From NCBI GenBank assembly GCA_039809385.1, contig JBDHUY010000008.1, positions 1-64,000 of the forward strand: DNA of 64,000 nt, read 5' to 3'. Every line of letters begins with the position of its first letter. Position 1 is the stretch's first letter. The translations under genes were made by a program, and so were the position numbers. Origin of the DNA: Candidatus Altimarinota bacterium (GTDB taxonomy: Bacteria > Patescibacteriota > Gracilibacteria > JBDHUY01). The notes below the pieces were generated by a model that was not told the DNA's origin, did no database searches, and saw only the letters and a program-made list of their open reading frames with translations. Below are positions 31,017 to 40,748 of the stretch, piece after piece.

Positions 31017-31053
31017 GGGGAGAGGTATTAAGTATCTAGTATAGGATCTGACT

Positions 31054-31196
31054 ACTGATCGCTGATTGCTGATTGCTGATTGCTGATCGCTGATTGCTGA
31101 TTGCTGATCGCTGATTGCTGATTGCTGATCGCTGATTGCTGATCGCTGATCGCTGATTGCTGATCGCTGATCGCTGATTCCTGATTGCTAACCGCT
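31054..31196. repeat. Heptamer tandem array (GCTGATY)17 plus degenerate flanking units
   Basis: 17 perfect units at 31061-31179; the array ends just upstream of the holA ATG. Confidence 0.95.
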
Positions 31197-31202
31197 CGTC
31201 CC

Positions 31203-32267
31203 ATGTGGAAGAATATCTATCTTTTTGCCGGCGATCCCTATCTGGTCCAAAAAAAAGTAAAAACCTGGACCGCATCCTTCGAAAAGAAGCACGGGGGAAA
31301 CCTGAATATCGCCAAAGTCAGTTTGGACAAGGAAGAAGATATGGCAACGATCACCCAGGAGATCGCTTCCATGCCCTTTTTGACACCGTTTAAATTGATT
31401 TTCGTTTACAATGTTCTGGATAATCGCGGGAGCGGAACGGATGAAGAAGAGAGTGGCAGCAAACATAAAAATATATACGATCGGTTTCTGGTTACCTGTG
31501 AGGAAGCGCCCGAAAGTTCGATCGTGGTCTTTGTTTCGCCAAAGGCAGATAAACGGCGCAATCTTTACAAAAACATCCCCGCAACCAACCGTAAAGAATT
31601 TAAGATCGGCCCCGATGGAACAGTAGAGGGGTATGACGAAAAAAATAGTCATCTGACGCTGTCCGAATTTTTCTTTGACGAATTTGATCGCAAAATTCCG
31701 CATGAAACGATCCGCTATTTGATCCAAACGCTGACCAGCGAGAAAAAAAGAGAGGAATTGGATCTTTTTGAAATAGAAAACCTGCTGGTCAGAATCAACC
31801 TGTTTGCCGACCAGCGCCCCGCCACTCCCGCCGATGTCGACACGGTAGCCGTCCGTCCGGTTTCGCATCATATTTTCGACCTCAGCAATGCCCTTCTGGA
31901 AAAAGATATGTCGCGTACCATCACTATTCTGGATACGTTACTTCACTCGGGAGAAGATATCTATATGCTCTGGGGGTTCATCATTGCCCACCTGTCGCGA
32001 CTCATCCGCATAAAAGCCATGTTGCAGGAAAAGGCTCCGATAACAAATATCAGAAGTTTTCTGGGAGCGCAGCAGTTCAAAACCGATAGCTATGTCGCAC
32101 TGCTTTCCAAAACGCCGATCTCCGCTCTAAAACAGATCTATGCCATGTTTCTGGAGATAGACATCAAACTGAAAACCGGCGGATTAACCATCTCTACGAC
32201 GGATGTGTCTGCTTTTCAGCGTGCGATCGAGCAAGCCTTGTATCATTTTTCTTTATCACGAAACTGA
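31203..32267 (+). CDS. holA: DNA polymerase III delta subunit
   Basis: IYLFAGDPYL, SMPFLTPFKLIFV, DKRRNLYK, IFDLSNAL, IDIKLKTG. Confidence 0.88.
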   Translation: MWKNIYLFAGDPYLVQKKVKTWTASFEKKHGGNLNIAKVSLDKEEDMATITQEIASMPFLTPFKLIFVYNVLDNRGSGTDEEESGSKHKNIYDRFLVTCEEAPESSIVVFVSPKADKRRNLYKNIPATNRKEFKIGPDGTVEGYDEKNSHLTLSEFFFDEFDRKIPHETIRYLIQTLTSEKKREELDLFEIENLLVRINLFADQRPATPADVDTVAVRPVSHHIFDLSNALLEKDMSRTITILDTLLHSGEDIYMLWGFIIAHLSRLIRIKAMLQEKAPITNIRSFLGAQQFKTDSYVALLSKTPISALKQIYAMFLEIDIKLKTGGLTISTTDVSAFQRAIEQALYHFSLSRN

Positions 32268-32991
32268 AAAGCAGCGCGCTGGTAACGGCCACGATCAGCA
32301 GCGAGAACATCTGTTCGATCCGCATACTCCCAAGCATAATCGTCGGTTCGCCCAAGAGGTATGCCAGAAAATAATCAAAGATACCCAGCAAAAAACCGGA
32401 CAGAAACGTAATAAGACCAGGAGTCTTTATTTTCCAGTATGCCAAAAACAGCCCCACCAGGCACAGCAGCGCAAAGAGAGACTGGTACAGCTGGGTGGGA
32501 TGGATCGGCACACTGTAGGGGACCGGGGAAAGAATATTGTCGAACGTTACGCCCCACGGCAAATCGGTAGGAATGCCAAAGTTCGTACCGTCCAAGAAAT
32601 GGCCCAGAGAAGCAAAGATGAGCCAGCCGAAAAACGAGATCGAAAAAACGTCGGTCCAGGCCAGCAGATTTTCGCGATCGCGTTTGGTATGGATATAGAG
32701 CAAAACAAGAAAAAAACAAATACCGCCGTAAAACGAAAATCCGTCCGGAAGCAGAATTTCGGAGGGTGTTTCGAGAAAACGTTCGCTATGAAGCAGCACA
32801 TACCCGATTCTGGCGCCGATTACCGTAACCACGACCAGCGAGATAATATGATTGCTCCAGAATTTGATATTAAGTTTTTTGAAACCCGAAAATTGAAAGA
32901 CCAGCATATTAAACACAATAAACCCCAGCACATAGCATACGCCCAAGGCATAAACAAATGTCTCGCCGATATTAAACAGAACTGGGTACAT
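32194..32991 (-). CDS. lgt: Prolipoprotein diacylglyceryl transferase
   Basis: MYPVLF, IGARIGYV, GFSFYGG, FGIPTDLPWG, HPTQLYQ. Confidence 0.88.
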   Translation of the reverse strand: MYPVLFNIGETFVYALGVCYVLGFIVFNMLVFQFSGFKKLNIKFWSNHIISLVVVTVIGARIGYVLLHSERFLETPSEILLPDGFSFYGGICFFLVLLYIHTKRDRENLLAWTDVFSISFFGWLIFASLGHFLDGTNFGIPTDLPWGVTFDNILSPVPYSVPIHPTQLYQSLFALLCLVGLFLAYWKIKTPGLITFLSGFLLGIFDYFLAYLLGEPTIMLGSMRIEQMFSLLIVAVTSALLFSFVIKKNDTRLARSHAEKQTHPS

Positions 32992-33001
32992 AGGGAAAGC
33001 C

Positions 33002-33058
33002 GTAAAGTTCCTAAAGTTATAAAGTTCGTAAAGTACTCGGCAACCAGCGGTCAGCGGT
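33002..33058. repeat. 9/10-mer array (TAAAGTT..)x4 plus (CAGCGGT)x2
   Basis: gtaaagttcctaaagttataaagttcgtaaagta; same unit as the arrays at 34725 and 35118. Confidence 0.75.
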
Positions 33059-33305
33059 TTTCAATATGAGTATTTTATATCCCAGCGCCTCTTCTTCAAC
33101 GGTTCATTCGCAATTTTTCAATCCTGTGCTGCTGTACGCTGTCGGCTGTTAGATCCCTGCCTGTCACTCTGAGCGAAGAGAAAAGCCCTTCTGACATGTA
33201 AGACCATTATAGTAGTTTTTCAGACCTTGCAAATAATTTTTGGAATCCGAGCTTTCAAGCAAATGCATAAAAAAACGTGCATGAAACGTATTTGTATGAT
33301 ATACA

Positions 33306-33872
33306 GTGAATAACTTATCAGGCAACGCGATGCATATAGAGAACCGGGAGAAACTTGATCAAACAACTGATGTAGTGCCGGAAGAACACCGCGCGAATCC
33401 TTTTGTTATACCATTTTCTTATATAAAAGTTATCGGAGCGACCCTTGCGTTACTTTTGCTGCCGGCGGTGGAGATATCGGCGCGCCAAGAGAGACCTGAT
33501 TCGAAACAGATACTCCAAATCGAGCTCGCTGATAGGGGGAGGGAAAAGCAACCGACTTTTGAAATAAAAACTATCGAAGATATCCCAGAGAGAAGTGGAA
33601 GTCAGCGGTATACTTTTGAGGTAAACAACGATCGGAAGATCTCCCTGACTCCCCAGCGGATACAAAAATGGACTAGCATTTCACATGATTTTTTAAGACA
33701 ACATTTCCCAAATCTTGGAAATAGTTCGATGATCGAACGAATGTACTGGTATGTCGATGAAAAAAATAAAACGCCTATGCTCGTCATTGAGACTACTGAT
33801 GAACAAAAGAAAGACCGCCCGGCCAACGTTGGAAAATCCGGGAGGTCTTTTTTTAAGAAAGGGATTCAATAG
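33306..33872 (+). CDS. Hypothetical protein with one hydrophobic segment
   Basis: 188-aa ORF followed by a hairpin. Confidence 0.6.
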   Translation: MNNLSGNAMHIENREKLDQTTDVVPEEHRANPFVIPFSYIKVIGATLALLLLPAVEISARQERPDSKQILQIELADRGREKQPTFEIKTIEDIPERSGSQRYTFEVNNDRKISLTPQRIQKWTSISHDFLRQHFPNLGNSSMIERMYWYVDEKNKTPMLVIETTDEQKKDRPANVGKSGRSFFKKGIQ

Positions 33873-33875
33873 AAA

Positions 33876-33910
33876 ATTCCGTACCGACATATATTATTCC
33901 GGTACGGAAT
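33876..33910 (+). terminator. Hairpin, possible terminator
   Basis: attccgtaccg...cggtacggaat 11-bp stem right after the stop codon. Confidence 0.5.
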
Positions 33911-34050
33911 GCTTTCTATTTACATTCCGGAGCCATTATCTACTACTGGTGGCATAAAGAAGTTTTTGTTTTAAAAACTGTAAAAATAGGTTTTGTGCGC
34001 ACATAGTTATAATACACCATAAATATAATGTGTCAACAGATGATTCGTTT

Positions 34051-34079
34051 TTTACAGACAGAAAATAATGCTATATAAT
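34051..34079 (+). promoter_or_regulatory. Putative frr promoter
   Basis: TTTACA-17 bp-TATAAT. Confidence 0.6.
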
Positions 34080-34127
34080 ACACGTTGTTTGATGCTCGGA
34101 TAACTTATTTATTTTTCTTTACGTTTT

Positions 34128-34661
34128 ATGACACTCGAAGCCGATCTGCAAAAGATAGTAGAATTTTTAAAAACCGAGCTTTCACGCCTGCAAACCGGCC
34201 GGGCCAGCGCGTCACTGGTGGAATATGTGGAGGCCGAAGTATACGGAGTACGACAGCCGTTGAAAAATATTGCCAACATCAGTATTCCGGATGCCAAACA
34301 GATCGCCATTCAGCCGTGGGACAAAAGCACTCTCCAGGCTATTGAAAAAGGGATTCAGGAAGCAAACCTGGGCTTCAATCCCAACAACGACGGCACGTTT
34401 ATCCGGATCAACCTGCCACCCATGACCGAAGAACGTCGCAAAGATCTGATCAAGCTGGTCTGGAAACTGGCTGAAGAAGCCAAAATTTCGGTACGCAACG
34501 TGCGCCAAGAACATATGAAAACTGCTAAAGCCCAGGAAAAAGATATCGGCGAAGACGCGGTCAAGCACCAGGAAAAACAGATCCAGGACCAGGTCGACAA
34601 AGCCAATCAGGAGATCGAGACAGCTGCCAAGAAGAAAGAAGAGGAAGTGAAAACGGTGTAG
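34128..34661 (+). CDS. frr: Ribosome recycling factor
   Basis: LQTGRAS, IQPWDKS, NPNNDG, PPMTEERRKDL, ISVRNVR. Confidence 0.97.
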   Translation: MTLEADLQKIVEFLKTELSRLQTGRASASLVEYVEAEVYGVRQPLKNIANISIPDAKQIAIQPWDKSTLQAIEKGIQEANLGFNPNNDGTFIRINLPPMTEERRKDLIKLVWKLAEEAKISVRNVRQEHMKTAKAQEKDIGEDAVKHQEKQIQDQVDKANQEIETAAKKKEEEVKTV

Positions 34662-34683
34662 GGGCAGACTCACATTTCTGCCC
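34658..34683 (+). repeat. GTAG-type REP-like palindrome
   Basis: GTAGGGGCAGA...TCTGCCC; related copy on the minus strand at 47870-47894. Confidence 0.55.
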
Positions 34684-34724
34684 GGATAATAGCGACAGAT
34701 CAACCTATGATAGATTATATAAAT

Positions 34725-34760
34725 AGTTATAAAGTTTATAAAGTTCTTAAAGTTATAAAG
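34725..34760 (+). repeat. Left 9/10-mer array (TAAAGTT)n
   Basis: agttataaagtttataaagttcttaaagttataaag, ending 1 nt before the ATG at 34762. Confidence 0.8.
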
Positions 34761-34761
34761 C

Positions 34762-35107
34762 ATGAAAATTGTGTCTTTTGAGGATATTATTGCTTGGCAA
34801 AAAGCACGTGAGTTAGTAAGATTGATTTACGGCCAGTTCAAAGAGAATCGAGATTTTAGTTTTAGGGATCAAATACAACGAGCGACTTTATCAGTAAATG
34901 AATAATATTGCAGAAGGCTTTGAAAGGGGTACAAACAAAGAATTAAAACACTTCCTGTTTATCGCGAAAAGTTCCTGTAGCGAAGTGCGCTCAATGCTCT
35001 ATGTGGCACTGGATTTACAATATTTGACTAAAGAAAAATTCGATTTGGATTTTCAGCTAGCAAAAGAGATTTCCAGAATATTATCAGGTTTTATAAAAAC
35101 ACTTTGA
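34762..35107 (+). pseudogene. Four-helix-bundle protein (TIGR02436/IVS/bAvd-like) with +1 frameshift
   Basis: MKIVSFEDIIAWQKAREL...FRDQIQRATLSV, extra A at ~34897, then [32 protein letters not shown]. Confidence 0.88.
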
Positions 35108-35117
35108 TCCTTGTACG

Positions 35118-35153
35118 CTTTACAACTTTATAACTTTATAAACTTTACGAACT
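35118..35153 (-). repeat. Right 9/10-mer array, inverted relative to the left array
   Basis: ctttacaactttataactttataaactttacgaact. Confidence 0.8.
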
Positions 35154-35154
35154 G

Positions 35155-36378
35155 ATGCTCGACATCCTCCTCTACATCCTGGCCTTTATCGTCATTTTTT
35201 CCATTCTGATTCTGGTCCACGAATTCGGGCATTTTATTACGGCCAAAAAAAGCGGGGTAAAGGTCGAAGAATTTGGTATGGGCTTGCCGCCGCGCGCGGT
35301 AACGCTGTATACCGACAAAGCCGGGACGATCTATTCGCTCAACTGGATTCCCTTCGGCGGGTTCGTGCGCATGCAGGGAGAAGACGCTCCCGAAATACGG
35401 GCGGAAAAAGACAAAACATTATCGGATGAAGAGCGTGAAGAGATCGATGACAACAAGAGAATACTGGCCGATCCGCAAAGTTTCGTGAATAAAGTCTTGT
35501 GGAAACGGATGCTCATCGTAACCGCCGGGGTCATCATGAACTTTCTGCTGGCGATCGTCCTGCTGAGTATTGTGTTTACGGTCGGTTTTTATCCTCTGTC
35601 TCTGGTAGAAAAAGAGAAAATACCGCTGAATTCCTACATCTTTCCAAATATTGAATTTGCTCAGGAACAGAAGATTATCGAACGGAAAGATCCCCAACAA
35701 GAGAGCGTCTCGGTTGAAAACGTGGAAGAAAATTCTATAGCAGCGCAAGCGGGCTTTCAATCGAACGATATAGTACTGAAAGCAAACGATCAAAAAATGG
35801 ATATCTCCTTAAAACTAATCAATACAATTCGGAGTAGCGCCGGAAAAGAGATGACCTTTCTGGTTCAACGGGGAGAGAGCACAGAGACCATTACACTCAC
35901 ACCGGTCAAAAATAAAACCATTGGATTGAGACTGGAAGAGGATTTTATGATTAGCCCTGTACGATTCGATTTTCCTACAGCCGTAGTACGTGCTACCCAG
36001 GAAGTGGCCTCGCAAAGCTACATTACATTGATCCTGGCGAAAGATGTGGTGTTAAATATTTTCCAAAAAGCCCAAATTCCCGAGGGGGTGGCTGGCCCGG
36101 TCGGGATCGCCAGCATGACCGGAACTTTTGTAAAAATGGGACTTATTCCGGTGCTGATCTTTATCGCCATGCTCTCGATCAGCCTGGGAGTCATGAATAT
36201 TCTGCCCATCCCGGCGCTGGATGGCGGACGGTTCTTATTTATGGTGGTAGAACTGATTACCCGCAAAAAACCCAGCGCACGGTTGGAAACGGCAGTGCAT
36301 GGGATCGGATATGTTTTACTGCTCTTGCTCATCCTGGTCATTACCGGCAACGATATTCTCAAATTGTGGATGGGATAG
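35155..36378 (+). CDS. rseP: RIP metalloprotease RseP (M50, PDZ)
   Basis: HEFGH, IPFGGFVRM, AGVIMN, GPVGI, NILPIPALDGGR. Confidence 0.95.
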   Translation: MLDILLYILAFIVIFSILILVHEFGHFITAKKSGVKVEEFGMGLPPRAVTLYTDKAGTIYSLNWIPFGGFVRMQGEDAPEIRAEKDKTLSDEEREEIDDNKRILADPQSFVNKVLWKRMLIVTAGVIMNFLLAIVLLSIVFTVGFYPLSLVEKEKIPLNSYIFPNIEFAQEQKIIERKDPQQESVSVENVEENSIAAQAGFQSNDIVLKANDQKMDISLKLINTIRSSAGKEMTFLVQRGESTETITLTPVKNKTIGLRLEEDFMISPVRFDFPTAVVRATQEVASQSYITLILAKDVVLNIFQKAQIPEGVAGPVGIASMTGTFVKMGLIPVLIFIAMLSISLGVMNILPIPALDGGRFLFMVVELITRKKPSARLETAVHGIGYVLLLLLILVITGNDILKLWMG

Positions 36379-36648
36379 GGGCAGGAAAGTTTATAAAGTC
36401 CTTAAAGCCCCAAAGGGGTCCCGTTGGGATCTATAAAATTATAAAGCCAATAAACTTCTCATGAGAGGCTTGTTATTTTTTCTGTTGGCTACTAAGCTCC
36501 TGCCTTTTCTGGATGCTCCAAATGGGCCCCGGGGCGGTCAGGTGTGAGTTGTAAGCAATTTTCCACTCTGTCCTCCAGTCTCCTCACTCCCAACTCCTAC
36601 CTGCCTATTTGGGAGTGCGTTTTTACAAAGGGTCGATTGGACATACAA

Positions 36649-38760
36649 CTATTCCTGAAAGCCATTTTTTCTAGCCCAGACCAGTAATTTATCTAGTACC
36701 TCATCCCGTTGTTCAACTTGAGAACGCAAATCAAGGACTATTCTTTCCAACTCCTGAAGTCTGGCTGACCGACGGATTTCATGTAATTCCCGCTCTTGTT
36801 TAATATAATCTTCTATAGCCTGTTGTAAGGAATCTGTTGAAATTCCCCCCGCAGTATCGAAAGAATTAATCAACAACCGTTCAAGTTGCCCGGGAATGAT
36901 GCCCGTATGCGGTTTCTGGTCCTTTTCATCGTCAAATGCCTGCAGATTAATTACGGCAATGGTTTTAGCTATATATTGATAGTTCAATGGATATTTTTCT
37001 CTGATTTGGGAGAACGGGAGTCTGCCAGTACAGGAATTTCTTCGCGCATCTATTTTTCCCAAAAGAGTCAGTAGCATCTCTGTGATACTTTCTTCATAGG
37101 TTTCATATGGTACTAAAATCTTTTCGCCGATACGGTGTGCATTTAACAAAGATGGACGAATCAAGGAAATATCTTCTGTATCTACAATGATCCAGGCATG
37201 CGGACACTTTTTTATTTTTTCCAGTTCAGTGTTGAGCACCATCTCAATCTGACCACGTACTATAGGGTTTTTCCCAAGCAATAGTTCCAAATCTTGGATT
37301 TGTAAAACTCCCCCATTGATTTGGAGATAATAAAATAAATCTTTGAGCGCATTAAGATTATTGTTCAAAAGTTCGGAGGTCGCTTCGGTAGGTTTTAAGA
37401 CAAAAACCGGAATACCAGACTTTACAAGGCTATCGCATACAGCATTGCTCATGGAAGTTTTGCCTTTGCCCGTAGATCCATAGAGAAGTACCAAAGCAGG
37501 TTTGTTATCAGACTTTCCCTGTAAGGAAAGGAAGACATTGGCAGCTGTCTTTTCTAAGCTCTGTTTCAATGCATGCTGCCCTCCTAAATCGTTAAAAGAA
37601 TTAGGGGCATTGATCATGCTATATAAAAGTTTATTATCTCTCAAAAAATTTGTTAGAGGTTGATCCGGTGTTTGTATTTTAATTTTCTTGTCGGCAGGTC
37701 GGGAAATGCAACTGTCTTGATAAAACCAGCTCAACACGCGATTAGCCAAAGAGAGCTGCTTCTCAAAAGCAGGAGCAAATTTTTCATAATCTTGTTCGAC
37801 AGACGTATTGGGATTTGCTGCAGAAAAAACAATCTGAATATCAGCTTTCCCTTCTTGCGATAGAACAGTAGAAAAAGTAAGGTGGTATATCTCGTTCGGT
37901 ACCGTATCGGTAATAAGTACTTTTATAGAATGATCACGTGAACTGCCTGAGCCAACAATTTCACCAACAAATTGATCTCCTAAAACAGTTGGCAACGCCT
38001 GCAAAAAATCTATGAGCTTAAAATGTATGAGCTCGATCATGGTTTTTTGATATCCAGGGCTTTCCGATATTGGCAAGGGTCCGATCATCCTATCAAGAGC
38101 ACATACTCTATCGAAACTATCCGTATTATTACCAAATCTTCGGTAGAGTCTGTCTGAAAAATACGTTGATTGATATTTTTTTTGTACTTGAGGGTCATTG
38201 TAATGAAGCGCTTCAAAAGCTGTTTTCCATCGCTGTTCTTCGAGGTTCGGTGCTTGTTTAAGAGCCATTCGATTGATTTCCGATGGGCGTAACACAAATC
38301 CCAATCTATATTTATCTCCTGTCTGGTCGAGTACACAGGTTATTTTTCCGGGAATCATTGGCAGGGTCTCATCATTAGCAATGATCAATGTTCGATTCGA
38401 GTCATTATAGAGCAACGCACGATGGATTTTTTGTAGTACCTGAGTATCAACTGTAACAAGGCCTTCTTCATGTGACTCACGTCGTAAGGCAGGAGAAACA
38501 TGAAGGCCAAAGAAGTGTTGCAAGGTTAAGAGGTGTCGTTGTATGAGAAAAAGAGACTCTGCGTCAATAGCCGAGCCAAGCTGTGTTCTCATCTCAGCAA
38601 AAACCTGATTCATGACATTGATAGCAAAAGGATCAATCCCTTTTGCATGGTGAATAGCAGGATCTTTCATCGTTGATTCAATGGTATCCAGGAAAGACAA
38701 TAAATGCTCTTGTAAAGACTCATTCTGTTGTTCTATTCCAGAAGGCGAAATTTCGGTCAT
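36649..38760 (-). CDS. AAA-type ATPase domain protein (degenerate Walker B)
   Basis: FNDLGGQHALKQSL, LLYGSTGKGKT, VLQIQDLE, IRPSLLNAHRI; C-terminal coiled coil. Confidence 0.75.
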   Translation of the reverse strand: MTEISPSGIEQQNESLQEHLLSFLDTIESTMKDPAIHHAKGIDPFAINVMNQVFAEMRTQLGSAIDAESLFLIQRHLLTLQHFFGLHVSPALRRESHEEGLVTVDTQVLQKIHRALLYNDSNRTLIIANDETLPMIPGKITCVLDQTGDKYRLGFVLRPSEINRMALKQAPNLEEQRWKTAFEALHYNDPQVQKKYQSTYFSDRLYRRFGNNTDSFDRVCALDRMIGPLPISESPGYQKTMIELIHFKLIDFLQALPTVLGDQFVGEIVGSGSSRDHSIKVLITDTVPNEIYHLTFSTVLSQEGKADIQIVFSAANPNTSVEQDYEKFAPAFEKQLSLANRVLSWFYQDSCISRPADKKIKIQTPDQPLTNFLRDNKLLYSMINAPNSFNDLGGQHALKQSLEKTAANVFLSLQGKSDNKPALVLLYGSTGKGKTSMSNAVCDSLVKSGIPVFVLKPTEATSELLNNNLNALKDLFYYLQINGGVLQIQDLELLLGKNPIVRGQIEMVLNTELEKIKKCPHAWIIVDTEDISLIRPSLLNAHRIGEKILVPYETYEESITEMLLTLLGKIDARRNSCTGRLPFSQIREKYPLNYQYIAKTIAVINLQAFDDEKDQKPHTGIIPGQLERLLINSFDTAGGISTDSLQQAIEDYIKQERELHEIRRSARLQELERIVLDLRSQVEQRDEVLDKLLVWARKNGFQE

Positions 38761-38789
38761 AGGTTGATAATTAAAAAACTTGGTTTATG

Positions 38790-39458
38790 TCAAAATGAAC
38801 GATATTTTATCTTTCTTGAAACAAGCAAAAAAGCAAAAACAAGTGAAGGAACCAGAAATATTAATACTTCGGGACCGCTTCTCGTCGAACGGGAACCGCT
38901 GATCGGAGCTCCTTGGTGTAAGGCAGCTTTTTGTCCTTGTGCTTGAGTTTCCAGATCCTGTAAAAAAGGTTGGCGACCGGAACCCGTTGAAACAGTCGAA
39001 GGACTCGTAGAAGCCGCAGCATGCACAAATACATATTTGGAATTGCTATTGGGATTGGTATGTTGATTGGTATTACCGTTCTGGGCCCCCACCCCGTCGG
39101 TTCGAGCCGGCGTAATGGGCGTATCGGTAAGATCCGTCAGCAACGAAGAATTGCTGTTCGTCCCGGCGTTCGTATTCGAATTTGCCGAAGCGAGGACAGG
39201 TAAATCGGTACCGGGTAGAGTCTCGTCGCCCGGAACAACCATCGCGGTATTAGGAACCAACTGTGCGCTGAACTGGCTGGAAGGGCCGGAAAACGAAAAA
39301 TATAAAGCCCCCACTCCTACCGCCAGCAAAAAAGCGGCCAGTACAACTTTACGTTTTTTGAAAAAACGTAAAGCCGGATGTTCTTCCGCAACGTGAATAC
39401 GTATTTCGGGAGCCTGATCGGGAAGAGAAACGGTTTTTTGTCCGGTGAGGGGGTCCAT
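38790..39458 (-). CDS. Low-complexity surface protein with N-terminal TM and C-terminal xxSGPE-TM-basic sorting-like signal
   Basis: ...STRSGPEVLIFLVPSLVFAFLLVSRKIKYRSF. Confidence 0.75.
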   Translation of the reverse strand: MDPLTGQKTVSLPDQAPEIRIHVAEEHPALRFFKKRKVVLAAFLLAVGVGALYFSFSGPSSQFSAQLVPNTAMVVPGDETLPGTDLPVLASANSNTNAGTNSNSSLLTDLTDTPITPARTDGVGAQNGNTNQHTNPNSNSKYVFVHAAASTSPSTVSTGSGRQPFLQDLETQAQGQKAALHQGAPISGSRSTRSGPEVLIFLVPSLVFAFLLVSRKIKYRSF

Positions 39459-39497
39459 AGAGGAGTTATAAAAAGATGAAAGTAGAGAAAATATTTT

Positions 39498-40742
39498 TTA
39501 TAAAGAAGAAAGTTTTCCGGATTTGACAGATAATTGTACCATGCGATAGGTTGGATAGACCAGAGCGCACAGAGCCAGGATCAACAGCAGATCTTCGGCC
39601 GGGCCCGAGCTGGCAGTTTGAGATAATTGATTGAGAGAAGCGATCGCTTCGGGATCGAGCGTCGAGGAAACATTGATCGAACCGTTCTGCCCTACCGTGA
39701 TCGATACTTCGGAGGAGTAGCCGCTTTCAAACCCGTTCTGATCGGCAGACGTCAAAACAAAGTAGTAGCGATCCCCCTGGGTAAGTCCGCCAAAGGTATA
39801 AGAAGTGCCGCTGACTTTTTTGCGGTGCAGATATTGATTCTTATGCTTGGTATAGTAAATGTAGTAGCTACTTACCCGTGGATCCTGAACCGGATCCCAC
39901 GTAAGGGTCACGGAAGAGTCAAAGGTGGAAGCTCTGACATTTTGAGGGATCGGAAGATTCGAAGCGGATGGGTATAGTGTGCCGGTTCCGGTATTTGACC
40001 CGGATGGAGCAGAACCGGAACCTGAGGACGATCCGGAAGAAGACCCGGCACCGGACGAAGAACCGCTACCATTGCCTGGATTGACCGAAACGGCAGGAGG
40101 TGTTCCGTTGAGTACGAGAGTTACCGGCTTGGGAGGGGTAGCGGACAGTACGTTGAACGGCAGTCCGCCCGAAATGACATTCGCATTGGTATGTCCCAGT
40201 TCGTTCGGCTGAAAATCGTTAAAACGGATCTCGGTGGTATCGCCTTTTTGTCCCGAGACAACCTTAAAGACGACCCGGACAACACTAACGGAAGGTTTGT
40301 CGACGCCACCGGTAGTATTCCCGCGACCGATGCGAACCAGCGACTGTTCGGGAGCAAATTCGTTTTCGCCCGGAGTGATTAGATCAAAATCGGAACCGGT
40401 ACTATCAAGTTTTACCCCGGTCAGTTTTTTGGAATCGTAATTAAGCCAGGTCTCGGCCGAAATGATCTTTTGAGAAGACGGATTAAGTAACGCAATATCG
40501 ACTGCCAGTTCGTCATTCTGTTTGACAAAATATTTGCCACCTACCGGCTTGATCTCTTCGTTGCTGCCACTGAGAGCACTGTTGGTATTACCGTTTTGAA
40601 CTGCCCCGGAAGACAGACGTTTCACTTTGACATCGATCGTCACGTCTTTATTGGGAACCGCTGTGGTCAAAGAGATCGGCAACACAAAAAAGAGGGTGGA
40701 AAAGAGCAGACCGGCGATGAATTGACGCAGACGGGTATTCAT
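39498..40742 (-). CDS. Cohesin + Ser/Gly linker + FN3 protein with C-terminal SGP-TM anchor
   Basis: AVDIALLNPSSQKIISAETWLNYDSKKL...VRVVFKV; FN3 SVTLTWDP...YYFVLTSAD.NGFES; TASSGPAEDLLLILAL. Confidence 0.8.
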   Translation of the reverse strand: MNTRLRQFIAGLLFSTLFFVLPISLTTAVPNKDVTIDVKVKRLSSGAVQNGNTNSALSGSNEEIKPVGGKYFVKQNDELAVDIALLNPSSQKIISAETWLNYDSKKLTGVKLDSTGSDFDLITPGENEFAPEQSLVRIGRGNTTGGVDKPSVSVVRVVFKVVSGQKGDTTEIRFNDFQPNELGHTNANVISGGLPFNVLSATPPKPVTLVLNGTPPAVSVNPGNGSGSSSGAGSSSGSSSGSGSAPSGSNTGTGTLYPSASNLPIPQNVRASTFDSSVTLTWDPVQDPRVSSYYIYYTKHKNQYLHRKKVSGTSYTFGGLTQGDRYYFVLTSADQNGFESGYSSEVSITVGQNGSINVSSTLDPEAIASLNQLSQTASSGPAEDLLLILALCALVYPTYRMVQLSVKSGKLSSL

Positions 40743-40748
40743 ACGAAT

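Noticed and set aside
31036-31275. ORF with SAISNQR repeats, or a CRISPR array
   Set aside because: It is the translation of the heptamer array; there are no spacers or cas genes.
32194-32267. 74-bp convergent overlap of holA and lgt
   Set aside because: Involves non-conserved C-terminal tails; common in compact genomes.
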